A stretch of 64,000 nt of DNA from Burkholderiales bacterium (GCA_016790695.1 JAEUOS010000179.1:14297-78296), one strand, 5' to 3'. Shown: positions 39,663-49,893, counted from the first letter of the stretch. The notes: generated by a model from the letters alone, not told the origin. A program made the numbers and translations.

Positions 39663-41071
39663 GGCGCGTGCGCCGCGACGAAGGCCTTGACCCGCTCCGC
39701 GGAAGCGGGCATCACCTCGAAGTGCCGCGGCAGCGCCTCGATGCCGGCGAACCCCGGCGGCCGCGGCGGCCTGATGCCGAGCGCCTCGACGATCGTGTCC
39801 TCGAACTTGGCCGGCTGCGCCGTCTCCAGCACCACCATCGGCACCCCCGTCTCGCGCTGCTCGAGCGCGACCTTCATCCCGTCGGCGGTATGGGTGTCGA
39901 TGATCCTCCCGTAGCGCGCGTGCGTCGCGCGGATGGTGGCGATGCGGTCCGCGTGGGAGCTCGAGCCGGAGACGAAGCCGTAGCGGGGCAGCGCCGCCAT
40001 CAGCGGCCCGCCGGCCAGGTCGAAGCGGCCCTCCGCGTCGACACGCTGCCACAGCGCGCGCACCACCGCGGCGTCGCCGCCGGCGAGGTCGTGGACGAAG
40101 CGCTCGAAATTCGAGGCCTTGGAGATGTCCATCGACGGGCTCGAGGTCTGGCGCGTCTCGGCGCTGCCGCGCACGCGGTAGGCGCCGGTGCGGAAGAACT
40201 CGTCGAGTACGTTGTTCTCGTTGGTGGCGAGTACCAGGCGGCGGATCGGCAGCCCCATCATGCGCGCCACATGGCCGGCGTAGATGTTGCCGAAGTTCCC
40301 CGACGGCACGGCGAACGAGACCTCCTCGCCGTCGCCGCGCGTGGCCGCGAAGTATCCCTTGAAGTAGTAGACGACCTGCGCCACCACGCGCGCCCAGTTG
40401 ATCGAGTTGACCGCGCCCAGACGATGGCGCGCCTTGAAGGCAGCGTCGCCGGCGATCGCCTTGACGATGTCCTGGCAGTCGTCGAAGACGCCCTCGATCG
40501 CGATGTTGTAGATGTTCGGGTCGGCCAGCGAGAACATCTGGGCCGTCTGGAACGGGCTCATGCGGCCGTGCGGCGACAGCATGAAGACGCGCACGCCGCG
40601 CTTGCCGCGCATGGCGTACTCGGCCGCCGAGCCGGTGTCGCCCGAGGTGGCGCCGAGAATGTTCAGGTCCCGGCCGTCGCGCGCAAGCACGTGCTCGAAC
40701 AGGTTGCCGAGCAGCTGCATCGCCATGTCCTTGAAGGCGAGCGTCGGCCCGTTGGACAGCTCGAGCAGGCCGAGGCCCGGCTCGAGCGCCGTGTACGGCG
40801 TGATGGCGGCGCTGCCGAAGATCGCCGGCGTGTAGGTGGCGTCGATCAGCCGCTTGAGGTCGGACGCGCCGATGTCGTCGATGAAGCGCGACAGCACCGC
40901 GAAGGCGAGGTCCGCATAGCCGAGGCCGCGCATCGCCGCCAGTTCGGCGGCGTCGAGGCGCGGGTAACCGTGCTCGGGCACCGTCAGCCCGCCGTCGGGC
41001 GCGAGGCCTTCGAGCAGAATCTCGGTGAAGCGCGCCGGCGCCATCCCGCCGCGGGTCGACACGTATCTCAT
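39659..41071 (-). CDS. thrC: Threonine synthase
   Basis: MRYVSTRGGMAPARFTEILLEGLAPDGGLTVP..., with the PLP Lys region (GPTLAFKDMAMQLLG). 470 aa from the ATG at 41071. Confidence 0.95.
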   Translation of the reverse strand: MRYVSTRGGMAPARFTEILLEGLAPDGGLTVPEHGYPRLDAAELAAMRGLGYADLAFAVLSRFIDDIGASDLKRLIDATYTPAIFGSAAITPYTALEPGLGLLELSNGPTLAFKDMAMQLLGNLFEHVLARDGRDLNILGATSGDTGSAAEYAMRGKRGVRVFMLSPHGRMSPFQTAQMFSLADPNIYNIAIEGVFDDCQDIVKAIAGDAAFKARHRLGAVNSINWARVVAQVVYYFKGYFAATRGDGEEVSFAVPSGNFGNIYAGHVARMMGLPIRRLVLATNENNVLDEFFRTGAYRVRGSAETRQTSSPSMDISKASNFERFVHDLAGGDAAVVRALWQRVDAEGRFDLAGGPLMAALPRYGFVSGSSSHADRIATIRATHARYGRIIDTHTADGMKVALEQRETGVPMVVLETAQPAKFEDTIVEALGIRPPRPPGFAGIEALPRHFEVMPASAERVKAFVAAHAP

Positions 41072-41619
41072 CGCTGCGCCGGCGCCGCCCGCGGGCCCGC
41101 CGCCTCCGCCGACTTGCGCACCCAGTTGCCGCGCTCGTCGCGATACCACCATCCCGCCGGCGCCTGGCCGATCCACTCGCGCGCGAAGGACTCGCGCTCG
41201 AACGGCATCCAGTCGCCGAACCAGTCGTTGATGCCGTGCCCGACCTCGGACGCCGAGGCACCGTAGAGGATGCTGCGGTCGAGGTTCTCGCGCCGCACCA
41301 GCGCGCGCAGGGCCGGCGCGGACGACGCCGGATCGCGCAGCGCGACATAGGCCTCGCTCGTCAGACCCGCCGCGCCCGACTCGAGGGCGGCGCGCAATTC
41401 GGCGAAGCGCGCGGTCATCCGCGCCACCACGCGCGCGATGTCGGGCGCCCGATAGGGCAGCCCCGCGACCGGGTCGGCCGCCTGGCCGTACACGGCGCGC
41501 ACCACCTCGCGGGCCTGCACCACCGTGCCCGCGGCCGCGGTGTGCACGCTCGCGGAGCCGCACGCGGCCAGCAGCAGCGCCGCCGCCATCGCGACGACCG
41601 CAGCGAGACGACGGGTCAA
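41068..41619 (-). CDS. Lipoprotein with YdbL-like (DUF1318) region, inserted between hom and thrC
   Basis: Lipobox LLLAAC. LRAALESGAAGLTSEAYVALRD...RRENLDRSILY...GWWYRDERGNWVRK resembles DUF1318. Its stop overlaps the thrC ATG (ATGA). The proposed TTG start at 41619 overlaps the hom stop (TTGA); ATG at 41589 is an alternative. Confidence 0.6.
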   Translation of the reverse strand: MTRRLAAVVAMAAALLLAACGSASVHTAAAGTVVQAREVVRAVYGQAADPVAGLPYRAPDIARVVARMTARFAELRAALESGAAGLTSEAYVALRDPASSAPALRALVRRENLDRSILYGASASEVGHGINDWFGDWMPFERESFAREWIGQAPAGWWYRDERGNWVRKSAEAAGPRAAPAQR

Positions 41620-42926
41620 CGCAGCTCCTCGAGCCGGATGCGCGCCACCTTGGAGAGCACCACCGGCAGCGCCTCGATGCGCGCAATCGCGGCGTCGACG
41701 CGCTTCTCGACCGCCAGGTGGGTGAGCATGATGATGTCGACCTGGTCCTCGCCCTCGGCCGGCTCCTTCTGCACCATCGCGTCGATCGAGATGTTGTTGT
41801 CGGCGAGCACCCGCGTGATGTCGGCGAGCACGCCGGGCTGGTCCTTGACGCGCAGGCGCAGGTAGTAGCTGGTCTCCACCTCGCCGATCGGCAGGATCGG
41901 CGTGTTCGCCAGCCGGTCCGGCTGGAACGCCAGGTGCGGCACGCGATGCTCGGGATCCGCGGTGTGCACGCGGGTGACGTCGACCAGGTCGGCGACCACG
42001 GCCGAGGCGGTCGGCTCGGCGCCCGCGCCGGCACCGTAGTACATGGTGGCGCCGACCGCATCGCCCTTGACGAGCACCGCGTTCATCACGCCCTCGACGT
42101 TGGCGATCAGGCGCTTCGCCGGGATCAGCGTCGGATGCACGCGCAGCTCGATGCCGCCCGCGGTGCGCCGCGCGATGCCGAGCAGCTTGATGCGGTAGCC
42201 GAGTTCCTCGGCGTAGCGGATGTCCTCGGCCGTGAGCTTGGTGATGCCCTCCACATGCGCGGCGCCGAACTGCATGGGAATGCCGAAGGCGATCGCGCTC
42301 ATGATGGTGAGCTTGTGCGCGGCGTCGACGCCCTCGATGTCGAAGGTCGGGTCGGCCTCGGCGTAGCCGAGCCGCTGCGCTTCGCGCAGCACGTCGCCGA
42401 ACGGCAGGCCGCGCTCGCGCATCTCGGACAGGATGAAATTCGAGGTGCCGTTGATGATGCCCGCGATCCATTCGATGCGGTTGGCGGTGAGCCCCTCGCG
42501 CAGCGCCTTGATGATCGGGATGCCGCCGGCGACCGCCGCCTCGAACGCGACCACCACGCCCTTCTCGCGGGCCGCGGCGAAGATCTCGTTGCCGTGGGTG
42601 GCCAGCAGCGCCTTGTTCGCGGTGACGACGTGCTTGCCGGCGCGGATCGCCTTGAGCACCAGGTCGCGCGCCACGGTGTACCCGCCGATGAGCTCGATGA
42701 CGATGTCGATGTCGGGGTTGCCGATGATGTCGTCCGCGTTGCGGGTCACGACCGCCCGCCCCTTGACGATGCGCTCGGCGCGCTCGGTGTCGAGGTCGGC
42801 GACCATGCTGATGACGATATCGCGCCCGGCGCGGCGCACGATCTCCTCGCGATTGCGGGCGAGGACGTTGAAGGTTCCGCTTCCGACGGTGCCGATGCCG
42901 AACAAGCCGACTTGGATGGGCTTCAT
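41616..42926 (-). CDS. hom: Homoserine dehydrogenase
   Basis: 436 aa: MKPIQVGLFGIGTVGSGTF..., with a C-terminal ACT domain. Confidence 0.95.
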   Translation of the reverse strand: MKPIQVGLFGIGTVGSGTFNVLARNREEIVRRAGRDIVISMVADLDTERAERIVKGRAVVTRNADDIIGNPDIDIVIELIGGYTVARDLVLKAIRAGKHVVTANKALLATHGNEIFAAAREKGVVVAFEAAVAGGIPIIKALREGLTANRIEWIAGIINGTSNFILSEMRERGLPFGDVLREAQRLGYAEADPTFDIEGVDAAHKLTIMSAIAFGIPMQFGAAHVEGITKLTAEDIRYAEELGYRIKLLGIARRTAGGIELRVHPTLIPAKRLIANVEGVMNAVLVKGDAVGATMYYGAGAGAEPTASAVVADLVDVTRVHTADPEHRVPHLAFQPDRLANTPILPIGEVETSYYLRLRVKDQPGVLADITRVLADNNISIDAMVQKEPAEGEDQVDIIMLTHLAVEKRVDAAIARIEALPVVLSKVARIRLEELR

Positions 42927-43013
42927 GATCTGCGCTTGGTTGCTGTTGAGAGGGTCGCGGCGCGCGCCCGCGCGCGCGGTCGCCGCGCGACGCCGCCGGC
43001 CGGCCGGCGTGGC

Positions 43014-44222
43014 CTAGGCGGCCGCCTTGGGGAGAACGCCGTCCTTGCGGAACATTTCCTTGATGCCCCGCAGCGCCTGCCGGCAGCGCTGCTCGTTCTC
43101 GATCAGCGCGATGCGCACGTAATCGTCGCCGTAGTCGCCGAACCCGATCCCCGGCGACACCGCGATCTTGGCGTCCGCGAGCAGCTTGCGGGCGAAATCG
43201 AGCGACTTCATCGGCGCATAGGCGGGCGGGATCTTGGCCCAGATGTACATCGACGCCTTCGGCTTGTCGACCATCCAGCCGATCTCGTGGAGGCCCTTGA
43301 CCATCACGTCGCGCCGGCTCTGGTACTGGGCGCAGATCTCGCGCACCGCGTCCTGCGGGCCTTCCAGCGCGGCGATCGAGGCCACCTGCACCGGCGTGAA
43401 GCTGCCGTAGTCATGGTAGCTCTTGATGCGCGCCAGGGCGCTGACGAGCTCGGCGTTGCCGACCATGAACCCGATGCGCCACCCCGCCATGTTGTAGCTC
43501 TTGGACATGGTGAAGAACTCGACGGCCACGTCGCGCGCGCCGGCCACCTGCATGATCGACGGCGCGCGGTAGCCGTCGAACGTGATGTCGGCGTAGGCGA
43601 GGTCGTGCACCACCAGGATGTCGTGCTCCTTGGCCAGCGCGATCACGCGCTCGAAGAACGGCAGGTCGACGCACTGCGCGGTCGGATTGGACGGAAAGCC
43701 CAGGATCATCATCTTGGGCTTGGGAATGCAGCCGCGGATCGTGGTCTCGAGCTCCGAGAAGAAGTCCACGTCGGGCGTCATGCGCACGCTGCGGATGTCG
43801 GCGCCGGCGATCACCGCGCCGTAGATGTGGATCGGGTAGCTCGGGTTCGGCACCAGCACGGTGTCGCCGCGATCGAGCGTCGCCAGCATCAGGTGCGCGA
43901 GGCCCTCTTTCGACCCGATGGTCACGATCGCCTCGGTCTCCGGGTCGAAGTCGACGTCGTAGCGCGACTTGTACCAGTTCGTGATCGCGCGACGCAGGCG
44001 CGGAATGCCCTTCGACACCGAGTAGCCGTGCGTGTCCGGGCGCTGCGAGGCCTCGACGAGCTTGTCGACGATGTGCTGCGGCGTGGAGCCGTCGGGATTG
44101 CCCATCGACAGGTCGATGATGTCCTCGCCGCGGCGGCGCGCAGCCATCTTCAGTTCCGCCGTGATGTTGAACACGTACGGCGGCAGGCGCTTGATGCGCG
44201 AAAACTCTCTCATGGCGGCCAT
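43014..44222 (-). CDS. PLP-dependent class I aminotransferase (AlaC-like alanine/aspartate transaminase)
   Basis: 402 aa: [36 protein letters not shown], with the [15 protein letters not shown]-lysine motif. Has the usual position upstream of hom. Confidence 0.9.
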   Translation of the reverse strand: MAAMREFSRIKRLPPYVFNITAELKMAARRRGEDIIDLSMGNPDGSTPQHIVDKLVEASQRPDTHGYSVSKGIPRLRRAITNWYKSRYDVDFDPETEAIVTIGSKEGLAHLMLATLDRGDTVLVPNPSYPIHIYGAVIAGADIRSVRMTPDVDFFSELETTIRGCIPKPKMMILGFPSNPTAQCVDLPFFERVIALAKEHDILVVHDLAYADITFDGYRAPSIMQVAGARDVAVEFFTMSKSYNMAGWRIGFMVGNAELVSALARIKSYHDYGSFTPVQVASIAALEGPQDAVREICAQYQSRRDVMVKGLHEIGWMVDKPKASMYIWAKIPPAYAPMKSLDFARKLLADAKIAVSPGIGFGDYGDDYVRIALIENEQRCRQALRGIKEMFRKDGVLPKAAA

Positions 44223-44437
44223 CCCGACGCCGGCCGCGCCCGCGCGGTTCGCGCCTGCGGGACGGTCGGCGCGCCGAAGCGGGAAGGGCTGGCAGAAAAG
44301 CTATAATTCTACGCTACGCCGCATTGCGTCGCAACATCACCCCTCGGGCAGGGGGCGCCAGGGAGCGCGTCCGACCGGCGTCCACGCCGGCAGGCGCCGG
44401 CAGCGCGGCGGCACTGCCAACCATCCGCCCGTCCACC

Positions 44438-44809
44438 GTGAAATTGCATCTCGACCGCCCCGCGGCGACCAACATCATCACCGCGTTCGGCCCGCAGTTC
44501 GTGCAGGTCAATGGCGTGCGCCACGCGACATCGCTGATCGTGCTGGCGGAGCGCCTGCTCGAGCATTGGCCGCCGCGTTCGCCGGAGGACCTGACCGAGG
44601 CCGAGTTCGACCGCCTCGCCGGCCTCGGCGCCGGCATCGTGCTCCTCGGCACCGGCGCGCGTCAGCGCTTCCCGCACCCGCGCCTGGCGGCGCGCCTGCT
44701 CTCGCACGGCATCGGCCTCGAGGTCATGGACACCGCAGCGGCGTGCCGGACCTACAACATCCTCTCCGGCGAGGGGCGCAGCGTCGCCGCCGCGCTGATC
44801 GTCGAATGA
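44438..44809 (+). CDS. Mth938-like (DUF498) domain protein
   Basis: V(M)KLHLDRPAATNIITAFGPQFVQVNGVRHATSLIV...GIVLLGTGARQRFP...GIGLEVMDTAAACRTYNIL. GTG start at 44438. Confidence 0.7.
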   Translation: MKLHLDRPAATNIITAFGPQFVQVNGVRHATSLIVLAERLLEHWPPRSPEDLTEAEFDRLAGLGAGIVLLGTGARQRFPHPRLAARLLSHGIGLEVMDTAAACRTYNILSGEGRSVAAALIVE

Positions 44810-44852
44810 TGCCGCGACGCCCGTCCCCGCGACATCCCCGCCGGGCACGCCG

Positions 44853-46526
44853 ATGCTGACGCGCGGCGGGTGGTGGGCACTGGTCGCGCTGCTGGCCGCG
44901 GTCTGGTTCTGCAATCTGGAAGTGCGCAAGCTGGTGCGGCCGGACGAGGGGCGCTATGCGGAGATTCCGCGCGAGATGGTCGCCAGCGGCGACTGGATCA
45001 CGCCGCGCCTGAACGATTTCAAGTACTTCTACAAGCCGCCGCTGCAGTACTGGGCGACCGCCGCGGCGTACACCGCGTTCGGCGAGCACCACTGGACCGC
45101 GCGCCTGTGGTCGGCGCTGACCGGCTTCCTGGGCGTGCTGTTCGCCGCCTTCACCGCCGCGCGCCTGTGGGGCGGCGCGACCGGGATCGCGGCCGGCGCC
45201 ATCTGCGCCAGCGCGCTGCTCTACGCGCTCATCGGCCACGTCAACACCCTCGACATGGGCGTGACCTTCTTCACCTGCGGCGGCCTGTTCTGCCTGCTCC
45301 TGGCGCAGTCGGCACCCGCCGGCGGCGGCAGCGCGCGGCGCTGGATGCTCGCGGCCTGGGCCGCGCTGGCGCTCGCGGTGCTCTCCAAGGGGCTGATCGG
45401 CGCGGCGCTGCCGTTCGCAACCCTGGTGATCTACTCCCTGGTGACGCGCGATTTCGCCGTCTGGCGCCGCCTCCACCTGGTCCGTGGTCTGGCGCTGTTC
45501 CTCGCCATCACCGCACCGTGGTTCGTCGCGGTGTCGCTCGCGAATCCCGAGTTCTTCCACTTCTTCTTCATCCACGAGCATTTCGAGCGCTTTCTCACCA
45601 AGGCCCACAGCCGCTACCAGCCGCCCTGGTACTTCGTGCCGATGCTGCTGGTCGGGTTCCTGCCGTGGACGCTGATGCTGCCCGGCGCGCTGGTCGCCGC
45701 GCCGCGGCTGGATGCGGGCACCGGCTTCCGGCCGCGCGTGTTCCTTCTGGTCTGGTCCGGGTTCGTGTTCGCGTTCTTCTCGGCATCGAGCTCCAAGCTG
45801 CCGTCCTACATCCTGCCGATCCTGCCGCCGCTGGCGCTGCTGGTCGCCGACCGCGTCTGCCGCACCGCGCCGCGTGCGCTGACCTGGCATGCCGCACCAT
45901 ACCTGATGCTCGGCGTGGCGATGATGCTCGCGGCACCGCTGGCGGTGCGCCTGGCCAGCGACGACGTTCCGCGCGCGCTCTACGAGAGCTATGTGCCCTG
46001 GCTGGTGGCCGCTGGCGCGGTGCTGGCCGCTGGCGCCGCCGGCGCGGCGTGGCTCGGCTGGCGCGGCCGTGCCCTGCCTGCCGTCCTCGCCCTCGCGGCC
46101 GGCGGCCTCGGTTGCGCGCAATTGGTGCTCACCGGCCACGACAGCCTCGCGCCCGCGAGTTCCGCGTATCACCTGGCCGGACGGATCCGCGCCCACGTCA
46201 CGCCCGGCATTCCGTTCTACAGTCTCGGCATGTACGAGCAGACGCTGCCCTTCTACATCAAGCGGCCGATCACCCTGGTCGAGGCGCGCGACGAGCTGTC
46301 GTTCGGGATCGCCCGGGAACCGGGCAAGTTCGTCGCCGACTATGCGGAGTTCAGCCGCCGCTGGCAGGCCCACGACGAGGCGCTCGCGATCATGCATCCG
46401 AACACGCTCGCCTACTTCGATCAGATGCGGCTGCCGTATGAAATAATCGGCCGCGACACGCGCCGCGCCGTGGTGCGCAAGCCGCGCGCCCCGGCATCGC
46501 CGGGGACCCGCCCCCAATCTCCGTGA
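44853..46526 (+). CDS. arnT: Undecaprenyl-phosphate-alpha-L-Ara4N:lipid A arabinosyltransferase (GT family 39/83)
   Basis: 557 aa, polytopic: RPDEGRYAEIPREMVASGDWITPRLNDFKYFYKPPLQYW. Heads the arn cluster. Confidence 0.88.
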   Translation: MLTRGGWWALVALLAAVWFCNLEVRKLVRPDEGRYAEIPREMVASGDWITPRLNDFKYFYKPPLQYWATAAAYTAFGEHHWTARLWSALTGFLGVLFAAFTAARLWGGATGIAAGAICASALLYALIGHVNTLDMGVTFFTCGGLFCLLLAQSAPAGGGSARRWMLAAWAALALAVLSKGLIGAALPFATLVIYSLVTRDFAVWRRLHLVRGLALFLAITAPWFVAVSLANPEFFHFFFIHEHFERFLTKAHSRYQPPWYFVPMLLVGFLPWTLMLPGALVAAPRLDAGTGFRPRVFLLVWSGFVFAFFSASSSKLPSYILPILPPLALLVADRVCRTAPRALTWHAAPYLMLGVAMMLAAPLAVRLASDDVPRALYESYVPWLVAAGAVLAAGAAGAAWLGWRGRALPAVLALAAGGLGCAQLVLTGHDSLAPASSAYHLAGRIRAHVTPGIPFYSLGMYEQTLPFYIKRPITLVEARDELSFGIAREPGKFVADYAEFSRRWQAHDEALAIMHPNTLAYFDQMRLPYEIIGRDTRRAVVRKPRAPASPGTRPQSP

Positions 46527-46894
46527 CCGCCGTCCCATTCGCCCTCATCCTCGCCGGCGTGCTGCTCAATGCCCTGGCGCAACTGCTGCTCAAGGCCGGC
46601 ACCAACGCGATCGGCCACTTCGAATTCACCGCCGCCAACGTCGTCCCGGTCGGCGTGCGCCTGGCTGCGCAGCCGCACATCCTCGGCGGCATGGCCTGTT
46701 ACGCGGTCAGCCTGGTGGTGTGGATCATGGGCCTGTCGCGGGTTCCGGTCTCGGTCGCCTACCCGATGCTGTCGCTCGGCTACGTGGTCAACGCGATGGC
46801 CGCGTGGTGGCTGTTCGACGAATCCCTGGCGGCGCAGAAGATCGCCGGCATCGGGCTGATCATCGTCGGCGTGTGGCTGGTCGCACGCTCGTGA
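46523..46894 (+). CDS. ArnE/ArnF-like SMR/EamA small membrane protein (Ara4N-undecaprenyl-phosphate flippase subunit)
   Basis: 123 aa with 4 TM. The GTG start overlaps the arnT stop (GTGA). Only one such subunit gene is present. Confidence 0.75.
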   Translation: MTAVPFALILAGVLLNALAQLLLKAGTNAIGHFEFTAANVVPVGVRLAAQPHILGGMACYAVSLVVWIMGLSRVPVSVAYPMLSLGYVVNAMAAWWLFDESLAAQKIAGIGLIIVGVWLVARS

Positions 46895-46907
46895 GCGCAG
46901 GCGGACG

Positions 46908-48038
46908 ATGAGCCAGCCGTTCCTTCCCTTCACCCGCCCGTCGATCGACGAGGACACCATCGCGGGCGTGGCGGCGGTGCTGCGCTCCGGCTGGATCACC
47001 ACCGGCCCGCAGGCGCAGGCGTTCGAGGCCGCGCTGTCGGCCCACTGCGGCGGGCGACCGGTGCGCGTGTTCAACAGCGGCACCGCGACCATGGAGGTCG
47101 CGCTGCGGGTGGCGGGCGTCGGCGCGGGGCACGAGGTGATCACCACGCCGCTTTCCTGGGTCGCCACCGCCAACGTGGTGCTCGAGACCGGGGCCCGGCC
47201 GGTGTTCGTCGACGTCGACCCGGCCACCCGCAACATCGATCTGATGCAGGTCGAGCGGGCGATCGGCCCGGCAACCCGCGCGGTGATCCCGGTCGACCTG
47301 GCGGGCCTGCCGGTGGACCGCGACCGCCTGTACGACATCGCGGCCAGGCACCGCCTGCGGGTGGTGGAAGACGCGGCGCAGTCGTTCGGCAGCGCCTGGC
47401 GCGGCCGGCCGATCGGGGCGACCGGGGACTTCGTCTCGTTCAGCTTCCACGCCAACAAGAACATCACGTCGGTCGAGGGCGGCGCCCTCGTGCTTCCCGA
47501 CGACGTCGATCCGGCGCTGGTCGAGCGCTACCGGCTGCAGGGCGTTGCGCGCAGCGGCTTCGACGGCATGGACGTCGACGTCCTCGGCGGGAAGTTCAAC
47601 CTCACCGACGTCGCCGCGCGCGTCGGGCTCGGTCAGCTGAAGCGGCTGGACGAGTTCACCGCGCGGCGCCGCGAGCTCGCGCGGCACTACTTCGACGTCT
47701 TCGATGTCGATGCCGGCTGCGACCTGCCGGTGATGGACTTCGAGAACTGCAACTGGCACATGTTCCAGATCGTGCTGCCGGCCGGTGTCGAGCGCGCCGC
47801 CTTCATGGCGGCGATGAAGGAACGCGGCATCGGCACCGGGGTGCACTACCCGGCGATGCACCTGTTCTCGCTGTACCGGGCCATGGGCTACGGGCCCGGC
47901 ATGTTTCCGCATGCCGAGCGCATCGGCCGCGGCATCGTCACCCTGCCGCTGTTCCCGGCCATGACGGCGGACGATGTCGAGCGGGTCTGTGCCGCGGTCA
48001 CGGCAAGCATCGCCGCCGTTCGCGGAGGCGCCCGGTGA
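46908..48038 (+). CDS. arnB: UDP-4-amino-4-deoxy-L-arabinose--oxoglutarate aminotransferase (DegT/DnrJ/EryC1 family)
   Basis: 376 aa: MSQPFLPFTRPSIDEDTIAGVAAVLRSGWITTGP, with the FSFHANKNITS PLP-Lys motif. Confidence 0.9.
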   Translation: MSQPFLPFTRPSIDEDTIAGVAAVLRSGWITTGPQAQAFEAALSAHCGGRPVRVFNSGTATMEVALRVAGVGAGHEVITTPLSWVATANVVLETGARPVFVDVDPATRNIDLMQVERAIGPATRAVIPVDLAGLPVDRDRLYDIAARHRLRVVEDAAQSFGSAWRGRPIGATGDFVSFSFHANKNITSVEGGALVLPDDVDPALVERYRLQGVARSGFDGMDVDVLGGKFNLTDVAARVGLGQLKRLDEFTARRRELARHYFDVFDVDAGCDLPVMDFENCNWHMFQIVLPAGVERAAFMAAMKERGIGTGVHYPAMHLFSLYRAMGYGPGMFPHAERIGRGIVTLPLFPAMTADDVERVCAAVTASIAAVRGGAR

Positions 48039-48973
48039 CGCCCGCGCTGTCGGTCGTCATACCCGTCTACAACGAGGAGGACGGGCTGGCCGCGCTGTTC
48101 GAGCGCCTCTACCCGGCGCTCGACGCCCTCGGCACGGCCTACGAGGTGATCTTCATCAACGACGGTTCGCGCGACCGCTCGCCCGCCATCCTGCGCGAGC
48201 AGCACGCGCGCCGGCCCGACGTCACGCGGGTCGTGCTGTTCAACGGCAATTTCGGCCAGCACATGGCGATCATGGCCGGGTTCGAGGTCAGTCGCGGCGA
48301 CGTCGTCGTCACGCTCGACGCCGACCTGCAGAATCCGCCCGAGGAGATCGGCAGGCTCGTGGCCAAGATGCGCGAAGGCTACGACTACGTCGGTTCGATC
48401 CGGCGCGCCCGGCAGGACACCTTCTTCCGGCGCACCGCCTCGCGGGCGATGAACGCGGTGCGCGAGCGCATCACGCGGATCCGGATGACCGACCAGGGCT
48501 GCATGCTGCGCGCCTACTCGCGCGGCATCGTCGACGCGATCAATTCGTGCCGCGAGATCAACACCTTCATCCCGGCGCTGGCCTACACCTTCGCGCAGAA
48601 CCCGGTGGAGATCGAGGTCGGCCATGCGGAGCGGCAGGCCGGCGAGTCGAAGTATTCGCTCTATTCGCTGATCCGGCTCAATTTCGACCTGATGACGGCG
48701 TTCTCGGTGGTGCCGCTGCAGCTGTTCTCCTTCGCCGGCATCATCATCGCGGTCCTGAGCTTCCTGTTCACCGCCTACCTCGCGGTACGCCGCCTGTTCC
48801 TGGTCGGCCCCGAGGCCGAGGGGCTGTTCACCCTGTTCGGCATCGCCTTCTTCCTGATCGGCGTGACCCTGTTCGGCATCGGCCTGCTCGGGGAGTACGT
48901 CGGGCGCATCTATCAGCAGGTGCGCTCGCGTCCGCGCTACCTCGTGCAGGCAATCCTCGAGCGGCGCGAATGA
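48035..48973 (+). CDS. arnC: Undecaprenyl-phosphate 4-deoxy-4-formamido-L-arabinose transferase (GT2)
   Basis: 312 aa: LSVVIPVYNEEDGL..., DADLQNPPEEI, and two C-terminal TM helices. GTGA overlap with arnB. Confidence 0.9.
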   Translation: MTPALSVVIPVYNEEDGLAALFERLYPALDALGTAYEVIFINDGSRDRSPAILREQHARRPDVTRVVLFNGNFGQHMAIMAGFEVSRGDVVVTLDADLQNPPEEIGRLVAKMREGYDYVGSIRRARQDTFFRRTASRAMNAVRERITRIRMTDQGCMLRAYSRGIVDAINSCREINTFIPALAYTFAQNPVEIEVGHAERQAGESKYSLYSLIRLNFDLMTAFSVVPLQLFSFAGIIIAVLSFLFTAYLAVRRLFLVGPEAEGLFTLFGIAFFLIGVTLFGIGLLGEYVGRIYQQVRSRPRYLVQAILERRE

Positions 48974-49893
48974 CCAGCGCGGTGGTCTTCGCGTACCACG
49001 ACGTCGGCGTGCGCTGCCTGTCGGTGCTGCTCGACCGCGGCGTCGACGTGCGGCTGGTGGTCACCCATGACGACGACCCGTCGGAATCGATCTGGTTCGC
49101 CAGCGTCGCCGCGCTGGCGCGTGCGCGCGGCATCCCGGTCGCCGCGCCGCGCGATCCGAACGCGCCGGAATTCGTCGCCCGGGTTGCCGCCGCCGCGCCG
49201 GACTTCCTGTTCTCCTTCTACTACCGCCACATGCTGTCGCGCGCGCTGCTGGTCATTCCGACGCGCGGCGCCTACAACATGCACGGGTCGCTCCTGCCGC
49301 GCTACCGCGGCCGCGTGCCGATCAACTGGGCGATCATCCACGGCGAGACCGAAACCGGCGCGACGCTGCACGCGATGACCGAAAAGCCGGACAACGGCGC
49401 GATCGTGGTCCAGAAAGCCGTGCCGATCGGCCCCGACGACACCGCCCGCGAAGTGTTCGAGCGCGTGACGGCCGCTGCGGGCGAGGCGCTCGACGCGGCG
49501 CTGCCCGCGCTCGTCGCCGGGACCGCGCCGCACTTCGCGCAGGATCGCGCGCTGGCCAGCTACTTCGGCGGCCGCCGGCCCGAGGACGGCCGCATCGACT
49601 TCGCCTGGCCGGCCAGGCGCATTCACGACTTCGTCCGCGCGCTCACCCGCCCCTACCCGGGCGCGTTCGCCGAGGTCGGCGGCACGCGCCTGAACTTCTG
49701 GCGCACCCGCCGCACCGCCGGCGCCGCGCCCCCGCGCGCGGCCGCGGTGCTCGGCGTGGCCGACGGGGCGATCCTGCTCGAGTGCCGCGACGGCGGCACC
49801 CTCGAGGTCACGGACCTGGAGATCGGCGGCAGGGCCGTCCAGGCCGGCGACTTCGCCGCTGCGGCCGGCGGAAGCCGCATTGTTCTCGCGTAG
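48970..49893 (+). CDS. arnA: UDP-Ara4N formyltransferase (stand-alone N-terminal half of ArnA)
   Basis: 307 aa: MTSAVVFAYHDVGVRCL..., with the formyltransferase motif NMHGSLLPRYRGRVPINWAI. ATGA overlap with arnC. Confidence 0.88.
   Translation: MTSAVVFAYHDVGVRCLSVLLDRGVDVRLVVTHDDDPSESIWFASVAALARARGIPVAAPRDPNAPEFVARVAAAAPDFLFSFYYRHMLSRALLVIPTRGAYNMHGSLLPRYRGRVPINWAIIHGETETGATLHAMTEKPDNGAIVVQKAVPIGPDDTAREVFERVTAAAGEALDAALPALVAGTAPHFAQDRALASYFGGRRPEDGRIDFAWPARRIHDFVRALTRPYPGAFAEVGGTRLNFWRTRRTAGAAPPRAAAVLGVADGAILLECRDGGTLEVTDLEIGGRAVQAGDFAAAAGGSRIVLA

Noticed and set aside
41718-44306. 862-aa plus-strand ORF.
   Set aside because: It is antisense to hom and the aminotransferase gene. Same artefact class.
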